Shown here: positions 20,301-28,931 of the stretch, in pieces
Layout of the letters: the number at the start of each line of letters is the position of its first letter
How positions within the stretch are numbered: position 1 is the first letter of the stretch
Source: Flavobacteriales bacterium
GTDB lineage: Bacteria > Bacteroidota > Bacteroidia > Palsa-965
Assembly: GCA_040377305.1 (NCBI GenBank)
Contig: JBEIPA010000006.1
Coordinates: 96,001-160,000, forward strand
Direction of reading: 5' to 3'
DNA: 64,000 nt
Position numbers and translations under genes: made by a program
Notes under the pieces: generated by a model
Seen by the model: only the letters and a program-made list of their open reading frames with translations
What the model was told of the DNA's origin: nothing
The model's database searches: none

Positions 20301-20555
20301 TTCTTCCGGACGGTTTACGTAAGGAACCGCTTTCGTTACAGGAGCTTCGCAGGCAGCCAAAGTAGCCGCAACTGTAGAGAACCCGAGAAACTTCAGGAAG
20401 TCGCGGCGGCTGGTGTTCGCTTCGAGTGTAGACTTGTCGCCTACAAACTCTTCAACCGGGATGTACTCAGCAAATTCTTTCCCGTTTTTCTCAGCAACAG
20501 CAGTATCGTTGTTGAGATGCGCGAGGCCTTTCCAGTATTTTGTTTGATTCGCCAT
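17331..20555 (-). CDS. actB: Alternative complex III subunit ActB (molybdopterin-oxidoreductase fold plus Fe-S domain)
   Basis: KYWKGL, Tat-like SRRDFLK, EGRPIKIEGN, NNPWLQEMPDP, Fe-S motifs CLGCGSCVVAC, CQHC...CETVCP and CVGTRYCANNCP. Confidence 0.96.
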   Translation of the reverse strand: MANQTKYWKGLAHLNNDTAVAEKNGKEFAEYIPVEEFVGDKSTLEANTSRRDFLKFLGFSTVAATLAACEAPVTKAVPYVNRPEEITPGVANWYASTFFDGHDYASILVKTREGRPIKIEGNSLSKLNGSGTNARTQASVLSLYDSTRLRNPKMKAGNAWSDKTWDEVDGAIAEKLNASKGIAIISSTIISPSTMRAIGDFKNKYKNVQHVMYDAISYAGVIKAHASSHGKAMIPTYNFDKADVIVGIGCDFLGNWLTGGEAERQYGMTRKVSADKKTMSKHYQFESQLSLTGANADERTPVKPSQYGAIALGLLHEVGGEGVAPTVAADAVKKAGAALKAANGKALVVCGSNDPAIQLIVNAINKATGAYGSTINTSIEDFTHQGDDAAMKKLVENISSVDTVIFYNANPVYTAPKALGFEAALKGVSTKISFASHVDETAALCDFILPDHNYLEAWGDHMPRTGQYSLQQPAIRPLFSTRHAQESFIKWSGGSKDYLSYVKETWSGMQSMQSNFGDFNAFWINVVRDGVFEGMPAAAPVAEEKKVVKEEPKTDSAKADAAPVATATAGSIVFIGGTISMDEAKSQIAATKGGKYEVNIYTKTSMGSGNQANNPWLQEMPDPISKITWDNYVTMHPLDAKEMSLFGMEDETMMVRFDQMEDNLDMVNVTVNGHTVKLPVWIQPGQAKGTIGIALGYGRKGFNEYVDNIGANMYPAIGMSAGGTMVYSGDAAMTKVEGETYRIAATQTHHTMMGRNDDILRETTLAAYKTDDRAGNPLNTMHTYKGEQLTEEVSLWNDFERPNHKWGMAIDLNSCLGCGSCVVACTIENNVPVVGRDEIRKSREMHWLRIDRYYSSDTVKEVAETTGEMGTMEMYRHMESPTFDNPKVAFQPIMCQHCNHAGCETVCPVIATTHSNEGLNQMTYNRCVGTRYCANNCPYKVRRFNWFNYVEYHRFKGLNPAQDDIGRMVLNPDVTVRARGVMEKCSMCSQRIQAGKLDAKKAGTKIVDGAIKTACQQACPTDAIIFGDLLDVNSQVSKMEQDGRKFEVLENVGSRPSVFYMTKVWNRDDANATI

Positions 20556-20590
20556 AATCTATGCGATGATGATTCGGTTCAGGTATACTA

Positions 20591-21862
20591 TTAATAGTGA
20601 CAACGACCACACTCGATTCCACCAGCCATTGCAACGGTGATCGGTTGTCCTTTATATTTCTCTTTCATTTTCTCGTGGAGCTCGGTGTAATAACCGTTGC
20701 CTTCCATTTTCAATGGAGTGTTGCGGTGACAATCAACGCACCATCCCATTGTAAGCGGACGTTGCTGCTCTACAGTTCCCATTGCTTTCACATCTCCGTG
20801 ACAAGTTTCGCAAGCCACTGCACCTACAACAACGTGTTGCTGGTGAGAGAAGAAAACGTGATCAGGAAGAACGTGAACTTTGTTCCACTGCAAAGGCACA
20901 GGCGTGTTTGTGTATGCGTTTGTCGCAGGATCAAATCCGGTTGCAGTATAGATTTTTGCAATCTCTTCTTTCGATCCTGGAGTTGCAGTTTCCTGAATTC
21001 CTTTGTGACAGTTCATGCAAATCATTGCAGAAGGAATGCTTGCTGTTTTTGACTTCTCAACCGTTGAGTGGCAATACTGACACTGGATTGCGTTATCGTT
21101 CGCGTGAATTTTGTGTGAGAAATTAATCGGCTGTGAAGGATGATAACCTTCCCATTTGCCTGGCTTCACTTCTTCCGCATAAACACCAACACCTTTTGCA
21201 GCGTACCAGCCTTTAACAACCAACCATCCGAAGAACAGAACTCCTAAGAGCGCAACTAGTTTCTTGTTGTTGTTTACCCATGTGCGCGATGCTTCCATGA
21301 AAGGAGCAGCAGGCTCTTCAGATAACCCTTCTTTTTCGCGGACTGCATTCTGCATGTGGATTCTTGCATAGCGAAGTGTTGTGATCAGAATGAGAAGTAT
21401 GCCAATAATAATCGCGATTAAGAACCAAGGATTTGTTTCTTCTTCAGCTTGTTCAACCGGACCAGTCGGCCCAGTTGGTCCAACAATAACGTCTCCTTTG
21501 TGCGCCCAATCGAGAATTGCATCAATCTCTTCGTTGGAGAGTCTTGGAAATGCAGTCATTGCAGCTCCGCCGTTCTCAGCTAAAATCTTCGCCGCATATG
21601 CGTCACCAGATTTGATTACCTCTGCTGAATTGCGCACCCAATTGTACTTCCAGTCTCCACTGGGAATACGATCCAGGACACCTTTCAAACCAGGTCCGGT
21701 AATTTTTTTGTCAGTAGCAGTGTGACACGAAGAACAATTTGCTTTGAAAAGCTTTTTACCGTCCGGTTGCGCGAATGAATTCGTTGAGAAAAGGATGGTG
21801 AAAGCAAGCGATAATACAACGACTAGGCGTGAGCTTCGTACGTTTTGCCAGAGACTGGTCAT
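20591..21862 (-). CDS. actA: Alternative complex III hexaheme cytochrome c ActA
   Basis: Six CxxCH motifs (CSSCH, CQYCH, CMNCH, CETCH, CVDCH, CGRCH); QPINFSHKIH. Confidence 0.95.
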   Translation of the reverse strand: MTSLWQNVRSSRLVVVLSLAFTILFSTNSFAQPDGKKLFKANCSSCHTATDKKITGPGLKGVLDRIPSGDWKYNWVRNSAEVIKSGDAYAAKILAENGGAAMTAFPRLSNEEIDAILDWAHKGDVIVGPTGPTGPVEQAEEETNPWFLIAIIIGILLILITTLRYARIHMQNAVREKEGLSEEPAAPFMEASRTWVNNNKKLVALLGVLFFGWLVVKGWYAAKGVGVYAEEVKPGKWEGYHPSQPINFSHKIHANDNAIQCQYCHSTVEKSKTASIPSAMICMNCHKGIQETATPGSKEEIAKIYTATGFDPATNAYTNTPVPLQWNKVHVLPDHVFFSHQQHVVVGAVACETCHGDVKAMGTVEQQRPLTMGWCVDCHRNTPLKMEGNGYYTELHEKMKEKYKGQPITVAMAGGIECGRCHY

Positions 21863-21919
21863 ATAGCGATTTTTGCTGTTGGCGATTGGTGAAGTTGCCT
21901 TACACAATTTAAGGCGTCG

Positions 21920-21927
21920 CAAATTTA
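21920..21927 (-). promoter_or_regulatory. -7 promoter element of the act-cox operon
   Basis: TAAATTTG on the minus strand, about 60 nt upstream of actA. Confidence 0.6.
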
Positions 21928-21980
21928 ACAGTGATTCACACTTTGTGACCCTTTCGTGACGGAAAATTAACGCACTTTTT

Positions 21981-22003
21981 TAATTTATAATCGTTCTAAA
22001 TAA
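21981..22003. promoter_or_regulatory. Putative Fur/PerR-family operator
   Basis: TAATTTATAATCGTTCTAAATAA, a near-palindrome resembling the Bacteroidota TTATTTAGA-N5-TCTAAATAA box as I recall it. Confidence 0.55.
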
Positions 22004-22252
22004 GGGCGATTTGTGCGGAAAATTTTTGTGAATTGCGGGATTGTGGTATTCATCAGGCTAGACATGAGGGCAGCCGACGTGTACCCCAAATTGGTCGAAA
22101 AACGAGGATTTGAAAATCTGACAATCATGGGATTTTGGCCAAATTTGAGGGGTGTCTTTTGGCCGGAGAGAGATCTTCAACGTTTAATCAAAATACCCTG
22201 ACGCCGGATTCGCCGAACTCAGTCGCGGCGTGAATCTTGCTACATTTGACCC

Positions 22253-22660
22253 ATGATTTCACGATTTGTTCTGGTTTTCTTCGCTTTACTGGCGTGGAAC
22301 ATGGTCAGCGGACAAACTCCAGCGGATACATTGCAGACCGGCGTTCATGGCGACCCGCGTCTTAAAACGCTGGTTTTTAAGCACAACGATGTTCTGAAGC
22401 GTGGCAAGGCAAGTGGCTTCCGTGTCCAGATTTACTTTGGGACGGACAAAACCAAAGCGAAGGAAGTGAAGTCGCGGTTCCTGGCTTCTTATGCGAGTGA
22501 AGCTCATGCTTACGAGATTTATGAGCAGCCGAACTTCAAAATCCGGGTGGGTGATTTCCGCTCCAGGCTTGAGGCGTATCGGTTCCTGAAAAAGATCAGG
22601 GCAGATTTTCCGGCGAGTTTTATCGTGGAGAGCAAAATTGAAATGCCTTCCGTGAAGTAA
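22253..22660 (+). CDS. SPOR domain (peptidoglycan-binding) protein
   Basis: Signal peptide; GFRVQIY, PNFKIRVGDFRSRLEA, FPASFIV; TACATTTG promoter at 22241. Confidence 0.9.
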   Translation: MISRFVLVFFALLAWNMVSGQTPADTLQTGVHGDPRLKTLVFKHNDVLKRGKASGFRVQIYFGTDKTKAKEVKSRFLASYASEAHAYEIYEQPNFKIRVGDFRSRLEAYRFLKKIRADFPASFIVESKIEMPSVK

Positions 22661-22726
22661 TTAAGTCGTTAAGGAACTAAGTAGGCAAGTCAACAGCATT
22701 TAAACTTCTTGTTGTAAATTGTGGTG

Positions 22727-23149
22727 ATGAGATTCATGGCTCCGGTATTCGTCGTGTGCACTTTTCTTTTTGCGTCTTGTGCGAAAGAAGAAGTGATGAC
22801 ATTCGATGATCAGATTTCGGTTGCACAGGATTTCAAAGTGGATGCAGCGACGAACGATACTTTTTACAGAGTGTACATGCCGACTGCATTCACACCGAAT
22901 GACGATGGAAGGAATGATGTTTATATCATCTACGGAACGGGATGGGAAACTGAGGGATTTGAGATGAGAGTTTTTTCACGCGAAGGAAATCTAGTGTATA
23001 ACACCGATGATGCTTATCGAAGCTTTGACGGCCGTACTCAAAGTCACAGCGACCTGAATGCTCAACAGGTTTACACCGTTGATGTATTGATCACAGATAC
23101 TACAGGAGAACAACATCATTACAATTACAAAATCGCAGCGCTGTTCTAA
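22727..23149 (+). CDS. Small lipoprotein consisting mostly of a T9SS type B (CHU_C) C-terminal domain
   Basis: Lipobox LFASC; YMPTAFTPNDDGRND...VFSREGNLVY...FDG. Confidence 0.8.
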   Translation: MRFMAPVFVVCTFLFASCAKEEVMTFDDQISVAQDFKVDAATNDTFYRVYMPTAFTPNDDGRNDVYIIYGTGWETEGFEMRVFSREGNLVYNTDDAYRSFDGRTQSHSDLNAQQVYTVDVLITDTTGEQHHYNYKIAALF

Positions 23150-24117
23150 TAGTGCATACGCATATTGCTTCGCGCCAGTTGTTGTTTCTTCTCTTGTGGC
23201 ATTATACGAAGTGGCAATACTCGGAAGTGAATTTCGTGTGATCCACCCGTGACACCCTTTAGATCTGACAAAGTATAATCGTAGGAATACGAAATTGTAC
23301 AATCCCATCTAGAGTATCCTAAAGAGATAAACACAGCATCGCGATTGCTGTAACCAATTCCAGTCTGGAAACCTCTGTAGAAAGCTGTCGCTGTAGTTCT
23401 GAGTATTTCGAAATTTCCTTGTCTGCTAAAATAAAAGGAAGGAACAACTCTGAAAGCATCCATATTGTTCACATCAACATTCCAAAGGACACCGGAGCAA
23501 TGAATTACAAAACGCATTGGTAAAGGACTGTTTCCCTGGAAACCTTGGTTTGGTTCACTCAGGTGAAAGGCTGCAGCTCCTATACTGAAGCGTTTATGAT
23601 ATGCGAGCAATCCCGCAGAGAAATCGATGTTGCCGCTCCAGGTTGTTCCAGGAGGATTATTGTTGGTGCTATACACGAATCCTACACGGGGATCAATCAT
23701 GTCGCCGAAAGTCAAGGCATCCCAATCGATACTAATCATTTGATAAGAAATCTGAACTCCGGGTTGCAGAACGACTTTGCCCACTCCAGTGCTGTCTTTC
23801 CACAAGCGGATCGGAAATGAATAATTGAGGTCTTCACGATGGCTTGTGAGTACATCTCCGGCAACGTCATACATGTACTGCATTCCGATATTGCCAAAGC
23901 GCGAAGGACTGTCGCCTGCAAAAACAAACGTTTGATAATTTCCCGCAAGGTTAGGCCACTGAATTCGATACGCCCCCTCTCCCCGCATGTATCCATACGT
24001 CCCTGTTAATGCAGGATTCACCGTAGAATATGCAAAGTTCGGATCCGTGAAAAACGGATCCTGCGCAAACGCACACACGAACATCGCGGAAAAAAGAAAT
24101 GTGAATACAGTTTTCAT
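23146..24117 (-). CDS. PorP/SprF family T9SS outer-membrane protein
   Basis: AQDPFFT...NPALTG, YRIQWP, LTFGDMIDP, HLSEPN, SYSYDYTLS...GGSHEI. Confidence 0.9.
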   Translation of the reverse strand: MKTVFTFLFSAMFVCAFAQDPFFTDPNFAYSTVNPALTGTYGYMRGEGAYRIQWPNLAGNYQTFVFAGDSPSRFGNIGMQYMYDVAGDVLTSHREDLNYSFPIRLWKDSTGVGKVVLQPGVQISYQMISIDWDALTFGDMIDPRVGFVYSTNNNPPGTTWSGNIDFSAGLLAYHKRFSIGAAAFHLSEPNQGFQGNSPLPMRFVIHCSGVLWNVDVNNMDAFRVVPSFYFSRQGNFEILRTTATAFYRGFQTGIGYSNRDAVFISLGYSRWDCTISYSYDYTLSDLKGVTGGSHEIHFRVLPLRIMPQEKKQQLARSNMRMHY

Positions 24118-24266
24118 GCGAATGAAATTTACAAAATCAATTCGATACTACTCGTGTGGGAAACGGGACTATGATGTGAATTCTCATCTCATTTCCGTTG
24201 GCACAGAGATAAGTATCGGAAAGTTATGAAAAGCGCAGTATCTTTTCAGTAACAAACCCATTGCGT

Positions 24267-25823
24267 ATGAAGTACGCATTCTTTCTTTACTTCTTTTCTC
24301 TGGCGCGCATGCACAACGATGCACCTCAGCTGCCGGAGTATGAATCGTTTTCTCACATTGATGCGGAGAAGTATCTGCTGATTCACGATCGTGAAATTGA
24401 CAAGGACGGAATCATAACGCAGAAAGGAGTGCATCATGCGCTCACGGTGAGTGTATATGGCATTATGAATTATGATGCGTTTATGAGCACGGGCGATTTG
24501 ACTTACTACAACCGTGTGATTGATCAGTACAAATTCTTTTCTGATCCCACGAACCTGGTTTTTTCCGACAACAATGCAAGTGCGGGTCTTCCTTACCGCT
24601 ATGGCTTTCAGGGACTAGCTCCACCGTGGGTTTCAGGAATGACGCAGGGAGCTGCGGTTTCATTCCTGTTGCGATACTATACGCTTACAAAGGATATTTC
24701 TGCATTGAAACTCAGCAAACAACTTATGCACCTTTTGCTGAAGGATGAGAAAGAAGGCGGCACACTCAGCAGAACGTTGGAAGGTGGCATGTGGATTGAA
24801 GAATATCCAAACTCGAAACAAGCGAAGTCTGTGCTGAATGGTTTTATCAACGGACTCATCGGTGTACACGAATACTGCGTGTTTTTTCCGGAAGACAAGC
24901 GAGCGAAAACTGTTCGCGACAGCTGCTATGCGGAGATGATCGGGAATGTTTCGAAATACGATAAGCCCGATTGGACAATGTATGCGCGATATACTACCGG
25001 TGGCAATATTACCATCGGTTACCTGAAGTACCAGCTCCAGGAGTTTGATCACTTGTACAGGTTGTACGCGGATGAGCGCTTGCGGAATGAAATGAGAATC
25101 TGGTCGAGGTTTGCTTTCAACCAACCGGACACAGAAATTGTCTTTCTGAAAAAACCGGAATACCAGTTTGCGAAATTGCTGGATGGCAATCCTTTCTCCG
25201 GTTCCTGTGAATTTAGTGAGCACGAAAATTTTTCATCCGGATTAGTCGCACAAGAACCCAAGAGCACGATGAATAATGTTTACCGCTATCACTTTTCCGA
25301 AGAAAAATATTACTGCGAACTCAAAGTAATTACCCATGAAATTGAGTCAGAACATATCCGCATTACAGCGTATCAGAACGGACACATCATCAAAACGAAA
25401 TGCACAGTGCGGGATAGTATGATCATCATTGAGAGCGACACACCTTTTGTGATGCTTTCGGCAGATCTCGGCACCCGGCATATACGCAAACCTGTTCCTG
25501 TTGTACTTTATGCATACAATCATCGGAAGTCTTCGCTTCCTATGTTCGGATTCTATGTGCTGCCGAATATGTTTAATCTGGAAAAGGACAAAGAATACCG
25601 GTTTGATTTCCATGGAGAACATCTCACGAATGCTACCGTGTTCTATCGACACGGAGCTTCTATGTTTGACATTGCGAATTCATTGTGGAGTGCTGAGCAA
25701 TCATTTATTCTAAACAATGAAGTCTTTCGGATTCCGGAAGGTGGAGTCTATCAGTTTTTTCTGAGCTACGATTTGACGCATCCGGAATCAGCGATCAGCA
25801 GATTACAACTTGTATCCAATTAA
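24267..25823 (+). CDS. D-glucuronyl C5-epimerase C-terminal-domain family protein with an extra C-terminal region
   Basis: PWVSGMTQG...LLRYY, WIEEYP, VLNGFINGLIGVHEY, YD..DWTMY. Confidence 0.8.
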   Translation: MKYAFFLYFFSLARMHNDAPQLPEYESFSHIDAEKYLLIHDREIDKDGIITQKGVHHALTVSVYGIMNYDAFMSTGDLTYYNRVIDQYKFFSDPTNLVFSDNNASAGLPYRYGFQGLAPPWVSGMTQGAAVSFLLRYYTLTKDISALKLSKQLMHLLLKDEKEGGTLSRTLEGGMWIEEYPNSKQAKSVLNGFINGLIGVHEYCVFFPEDKRAKTVRDSCYAEMIGNVSKYDKPDWTMYARYTTGGNITIGYLKYQLQEFDHLYRLYADERLRNEMRIWSRFAFNQPDTEIVFLKKPEYQFAKLLDGNPFSGSCEFSEHENFSSGLVAQEPKSTMNNVYRYHFSEEKYYCELKVITHEIESEHIRITAYQNGHIIKTKCTVRDSMIIIESDTPFVMLSADLGTRHIRKPVPVVLYAYNHRKSSLPMFGFYVLPNMFNLEKDKEYRFDFHGEHLTNATVFYRHGASMFDIANSLWSAEQSFILNNEVFRIPEGGVYQFFLSYDLTHPESAISRLQLVSN

Positions 25824-25850
25824 AAATCCCGAATTGCTTCGGGATTTTTT
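25822..25850. terminator. Bidirectional intrinsic terminator
   Basis: AAAAATCCCGAA-TTGC-TTCGGGATTTTTT between convergent genes. Confidence 0.8.
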
Positions 25851-25864
25851 GTGACGAGTAGAAG

Positions 25865-25904
25865 TGAGATCAAACGTTTCGTGAAACTTCGCCGTATAGC
25901 CCTT
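25865..25904 (-). repeat. Degenerate direct duplicate of the accC 3' end
   Basis: TGAGATCAAACGTTTCGTGAAACTTCGCCGTATA vs TGAGATCAAACGTCTCCAAAAACTTCGTCGTGTA at 25958; reads KGYTAKFHETFDL vs [14 protein letters not shown]. Confidence 0.75.
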
Positions 25905-25907
25905 GTC

Positions 25908-25946
25908 GCCTTCTCCCGATAGTTATCGGGATCCGCTCAGTCTGAC
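25908..25946. repeat. REP-like element carrying a nested 18-bp palindrome
   Basis: GCCTTC[TCCCGATAGTTATCGGGA]TCCGCTCAGTCTGAC; uninterrupted version GCCTTC[GAC]TCCGCTCAGTCTGA at 31978. Confidence 0.75.
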
Positions 25947-25949
25947 AAG

Positions 25950-27305
25950 TTATTCGCTGAGATCAAACGTCTCCAAAAACTTCGTCGTGTAAACTCCTTT
26001 AATGAAGTCAGGGTCGTTCATCAAACGCAGGTGGAAAGGAATTGTAGTTTTCACGCCTTCGATTACGAATTCGCTGAGAGCGCGACGCATTTTTGCGATT
26101 GCCTCTTCACGGGTTTGTGCCATCGTGATGAGTTTCGCAACCATTGAATCGTAGTTCGGTGGAATTGTGTATCCCGCGTAAATGTGCGAGTCAACACGAA
26201 CACCATGTCCGCCGGGTGTGTGAAGTACAGTGATCTTTCCTGGTGATGGGCGGAAGTTATTGAACGGATCTTCGGCGTTGATACGCACTTCGATTGCGTG
26301 AAGCTGGGGAAAATAATTTTTTCCGGAAATAGGAACGCCTGACGCAATAAGAATCTGTTCGCGGATCAGATCGTAGTCGATAACTTCCTCAGTGATCGGA
26401 TGTTCAACCTGGATACGCGTGTTCATTTCCATGAAGTAGAAGTTGCGATGCTTGTCGACAAGAAATTCTACTGTTCCAACACCTTCGTATGCAACAGCAG
26501 CAGCGGCTTTACATGCAGCGTCTCCCATTTTATTACGAAGCTCATCGGTCATGAAAGGTGAAGGAGTTTCTTCTGCCAGTTTCTGGTGACGACGCTGAAT
26601 TGAGCAATCGCGTTCAGAAAGGTGACATACTTTTCCGTACTGATCGCCGGCAATCTGGATTTCGATGTGACGAGGTTCTTCGATGAACTTCTCCATATAC
26701 ATCGCCCCATTACCAAACGCAGCTTCTGCCTCCTTCGATGCAGATTCAAAATTTGTAACGAGTTCTTCTTCGTTCCAGTTGATACGCATTCCGCGTCCGC
26801 CACCACCTGCAGTTGCTTTGATGATTACGGGATAACCAATTTCATTTGCTTCTGCTTTCGCGTGTTCAATATTTTCAAGAAGTCCTACTCCACCGGGAAC
26901 GCAAGGAACACCTGCAGCAAGCATTGTAGCTTTTGCATTTGACTTGTCGCCCATTGAATCAATCTGCTCCGGCGTTGCGCCAATGAATTTGATTCCGTGT
27001 TCGCCACAGATGCGCGAGAACTTAGAATTTTCAGAGAGGAATCCGTAGCCCGGGTGAATTGCATCTGCGTTTGTAATTTCTGCAGCAGCGATAATGCTCG
27101 GAATATTCAGGTATGAATCTTTGCTTGGAGGTGGTCCTATGCAAACTGCTTCATCTGCAAATTTCACGTGAAGTGATTCTGCATCGGCAGTTGAATACAC
27201 TGCAACCGTTTTTATTCCCATCTCACGACACGTACGAATAATTCGCAGTGCGATTTCGCCGCGGTTCGCGATCAGGATTTTCTTGAACATTTTTTCTTTT
27301 GCCAT
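25950..27305 (-). CDS. accC: Acetyl-CoA carboxylase biotin carboxylase
   Basis: [49 protein letters not shown]. Confidence 0.98.
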   Translation of the reverse strand: MAKEKMFKKILIANRGEIALRIIRTCREMGIKTVAVYSTADAESLHVKFADEAVCIGPPPSKDSYLNIPSIIAAAEITNADAIHPGYGFLSENSKFSRICGEHGIKFIGATPEQIDSMGDKSNAKATMLAAGVPCVPGGVGLLENIEHAKAEANEIGYPVIIKATAGGGGRGMRINWNEEELVTNFESASKEAEAAFGNGAMYMEKFIEEPRHIEIQIAGDQYGKVCHLSERDCSIQRRHQKLAEETPSPFMTDELRNKMGDAACKAAAAVAYEGVGTVEFLVDKHRNFYFMEMNTRIQVEHPITEEVIDYDLIREQILIASGVPISGKNYFPQLHAIEVRINAEDPFNNFRPSPGKITVLHTPGGHGVRVDSHIYAGYTIPPNYDSMVAKLITMAQTREEAIAKMRRALSEFVIEGVKTTIPFHLRLMNDPDFIKGVYTTKFLETFDLSE

Positions 27306-27385
27306 TCGTCAGATCGGAGTTGGGAGATGGGAGACGGGCGAGCACAGTCGTCCATGTCTACACATCTTCAATTTTGATTTCTGCC

Positions 27386-27880
27386 TTAAGCAGGCTCAAC
27401 AAGAAACAAAGGCTGATCGTATTCAACCGGAGTTGCGTCATCAACAAGAACTTTCACGATACGTCCGCTTACTTCGCTTTCGATTTCGTTGAAGAGTTTC
27501 ATGGCTTCGATGATGCAAAGCACTTTACCCGCTTTGATCTCATCGCCAATGTTTGCGAAAGTTGGTTTATCCGGACCTGCTGAACGGTAGAACGTACCGA
27601 TCATTGGTGATTTGATAGTGATCAGGTTTGCATCAGAAGTAGCTGCTCCTTTTGTTTCAGCAACCGGCTGTGTGGCCTGTTGAGAAGCAGGTTGTGCTAC
27701 CTGAGTTACCGGAGCGTGCTGCATCATAGGCACTGCCTGCTGAACAAGTACAGGTTGATCGCCTCTGTTCTTACCATTCGTCTTGATCGTGATCTTAACG
27801 TCTTTGGTTTCCAGTTCAACTTCACTTACACCCGACTTCGCGACAAATTTGATAAGGTCCTGGATTTCGTTGAGTTTCAT
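27386..27880 (-). CDS. accB: Biotin carboxyl carrier protein
   Basis: SPMIGTFYR; EAMKLFNEI biotinylation site. Confidence 0.97.
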   Translation of the reverse strand: MKLNEIQDLIKFVAKSGVSEVELETKDVKITIKTNGKNRGDQPVLVQQAVPMMQHAPVTQVAQPASQQATQPVAETKGAATSDANLITIKSPMIGTFYRSAGPDKPTFANIGDEIKAGKVLCIIEAMKLFNEIESEVSGRIVKVLVDDATPVEYDQPLFLVEPA

Positions 27881-27931
27881 TGTGCGTTTTGTTTGTTAAT
27901 ATGCAAGCGGTCAAATATAAGGTCTGTTCGT

Positions 27932-28930
27932 CTATTTGGTGTCATATCCCCACTTGAGATATACACTGCCCCAAGTGAATCCGCCGCCAAATGCAGCCAG
28001 AATGATGTTATCGCCTTTTTTGAAGAGTTTTTCGTAATCGTACATGAGCAACGGAATTGTTGCCGCTGTTGTATTTCCATAACGCTCAATGTTCATGAGC
28101 ATTTTTTCAGGGCCAATTCCCATACGGTTTGCAGTTGCGTCGCAAATACGTTTGTTTGCCTGGTGCGGCAACAGGAATGCAACATCTTCTCCGGTGAGGT
28201 TATTCTGCTCGAGAATTTGTGCAGATACTTCTGCCATGTTAACCACTGCATGTTTGAAAACGGCTTGTCCTTCCTGGTAAACAAAATGTTCGCCAGCATC
28301 AACAGTTGTGTGTGATGCAGGTGAAACAGATCCGCCAGAAGCCATGTGCAAATGTGTAACGCCGCTTCCGTCTGATTTCAAAATGAAATCCTGCAATCCG
28401 TTTTCATCTTTCGATGGCTCAAGCAAAACTGCCCCAGCTCCGTCGCCGAAGATGATACACGTTGCTCTGTCTTTATAGTTAATGATCGACGACATTTTAT
28501 CGGCGCCAACCAAAATCACTTTTTTATATCGGCCGCTCTCAATGAATTGTGAAGCAGTTGTAAGTCCGTACAGGAAACCAGAACAAGCTGCAGCGAGATC
28601 GAAGCCCCACGCGTTTGTTAATCCGGCACGTGAACAAACCAAATTTGCAGTAGAAGGAAAAACGTAATCGGGAGTAACTGTAGAGATAATTACGAGTTCA
28701 ATTTCTTCCGGTTTTGTATTCGTTTTCTCGAGGAGATTCTTAATTGCGTTAACCGCCATTACGGAAGTTCCCTGCTTTTCTCCTTTGAGAATTCTGCGTT
28801 CTTTGATCCCGGTTCGCGACTCAATCCACTCGCTGGTTGTATCAACCATTTTCTCAAGATCGGCATTCGACAATACCGTTTCTGGTAAAAATGCCCCTAC
28901 TCCTGTTATTGCTGCCCTGATCTTTGTCAT
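27932..28930 (-). CDS. fabH: 3-oxoacyl-ACP synthase III
   Basis: RTGIKERR, AACSGF, FGDGAGA, PHQANKRI, YGNT, FGGGFTWG; ATG 28930. Confidence 0.97.
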   Translation of the reverse strand: MTKIRAAITGVGAFLPETVLSNADLEKMVDTTSEWIESRTGIKERRILKGEKQGTSVMAVNAIKNLLEKTNTKPEEIELVIISTVTPDYVFPSTANLVCSRAGLTNAWGFDLAAACSGFLYGLTTASQFIESGRYKKVILVGADKMSSIINYKDRATCIIFGDGAGAVLLEPSKDENGLQDFILKSDGSGVTHLHMASGGSVSPASHTTVDAGEHFVYQEGQAVFKHAVVNMAEVSAQILEQNNLTGEDVAFLLPHQANKRICDATANRMGIGPEKMLMNIERYGNTTAATIPLLMYDYEKLFKKGDNIILAAFGGGFTWGSVYLKWGYDTK

Positions 28931-28931
28931 A

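Noticed and set aside
17331-20555. ActB as a novel molybdoenzyme
   Set aside because: Context and motifs match alternative complex III, whose ActB is known to lack a Mo cofactor
10273-21862. ACIII-oxidase operon lacking actG and oxidase subunits III/IV as an anomaly
   Set aside because: Same layout as the characterised Flavobacterium-type system; the other subunits are normally encoded elsewhere
21930-22250. Riboswitch or sRNA in the longer intergenic regions (also 6393-6645, 30599-30848, 36535-36753)
   Set aside because: No riboswitch, tRNA or known ncRNA consensus recognised by eye; an Rfam/Infernal scan would be needed to exclude one
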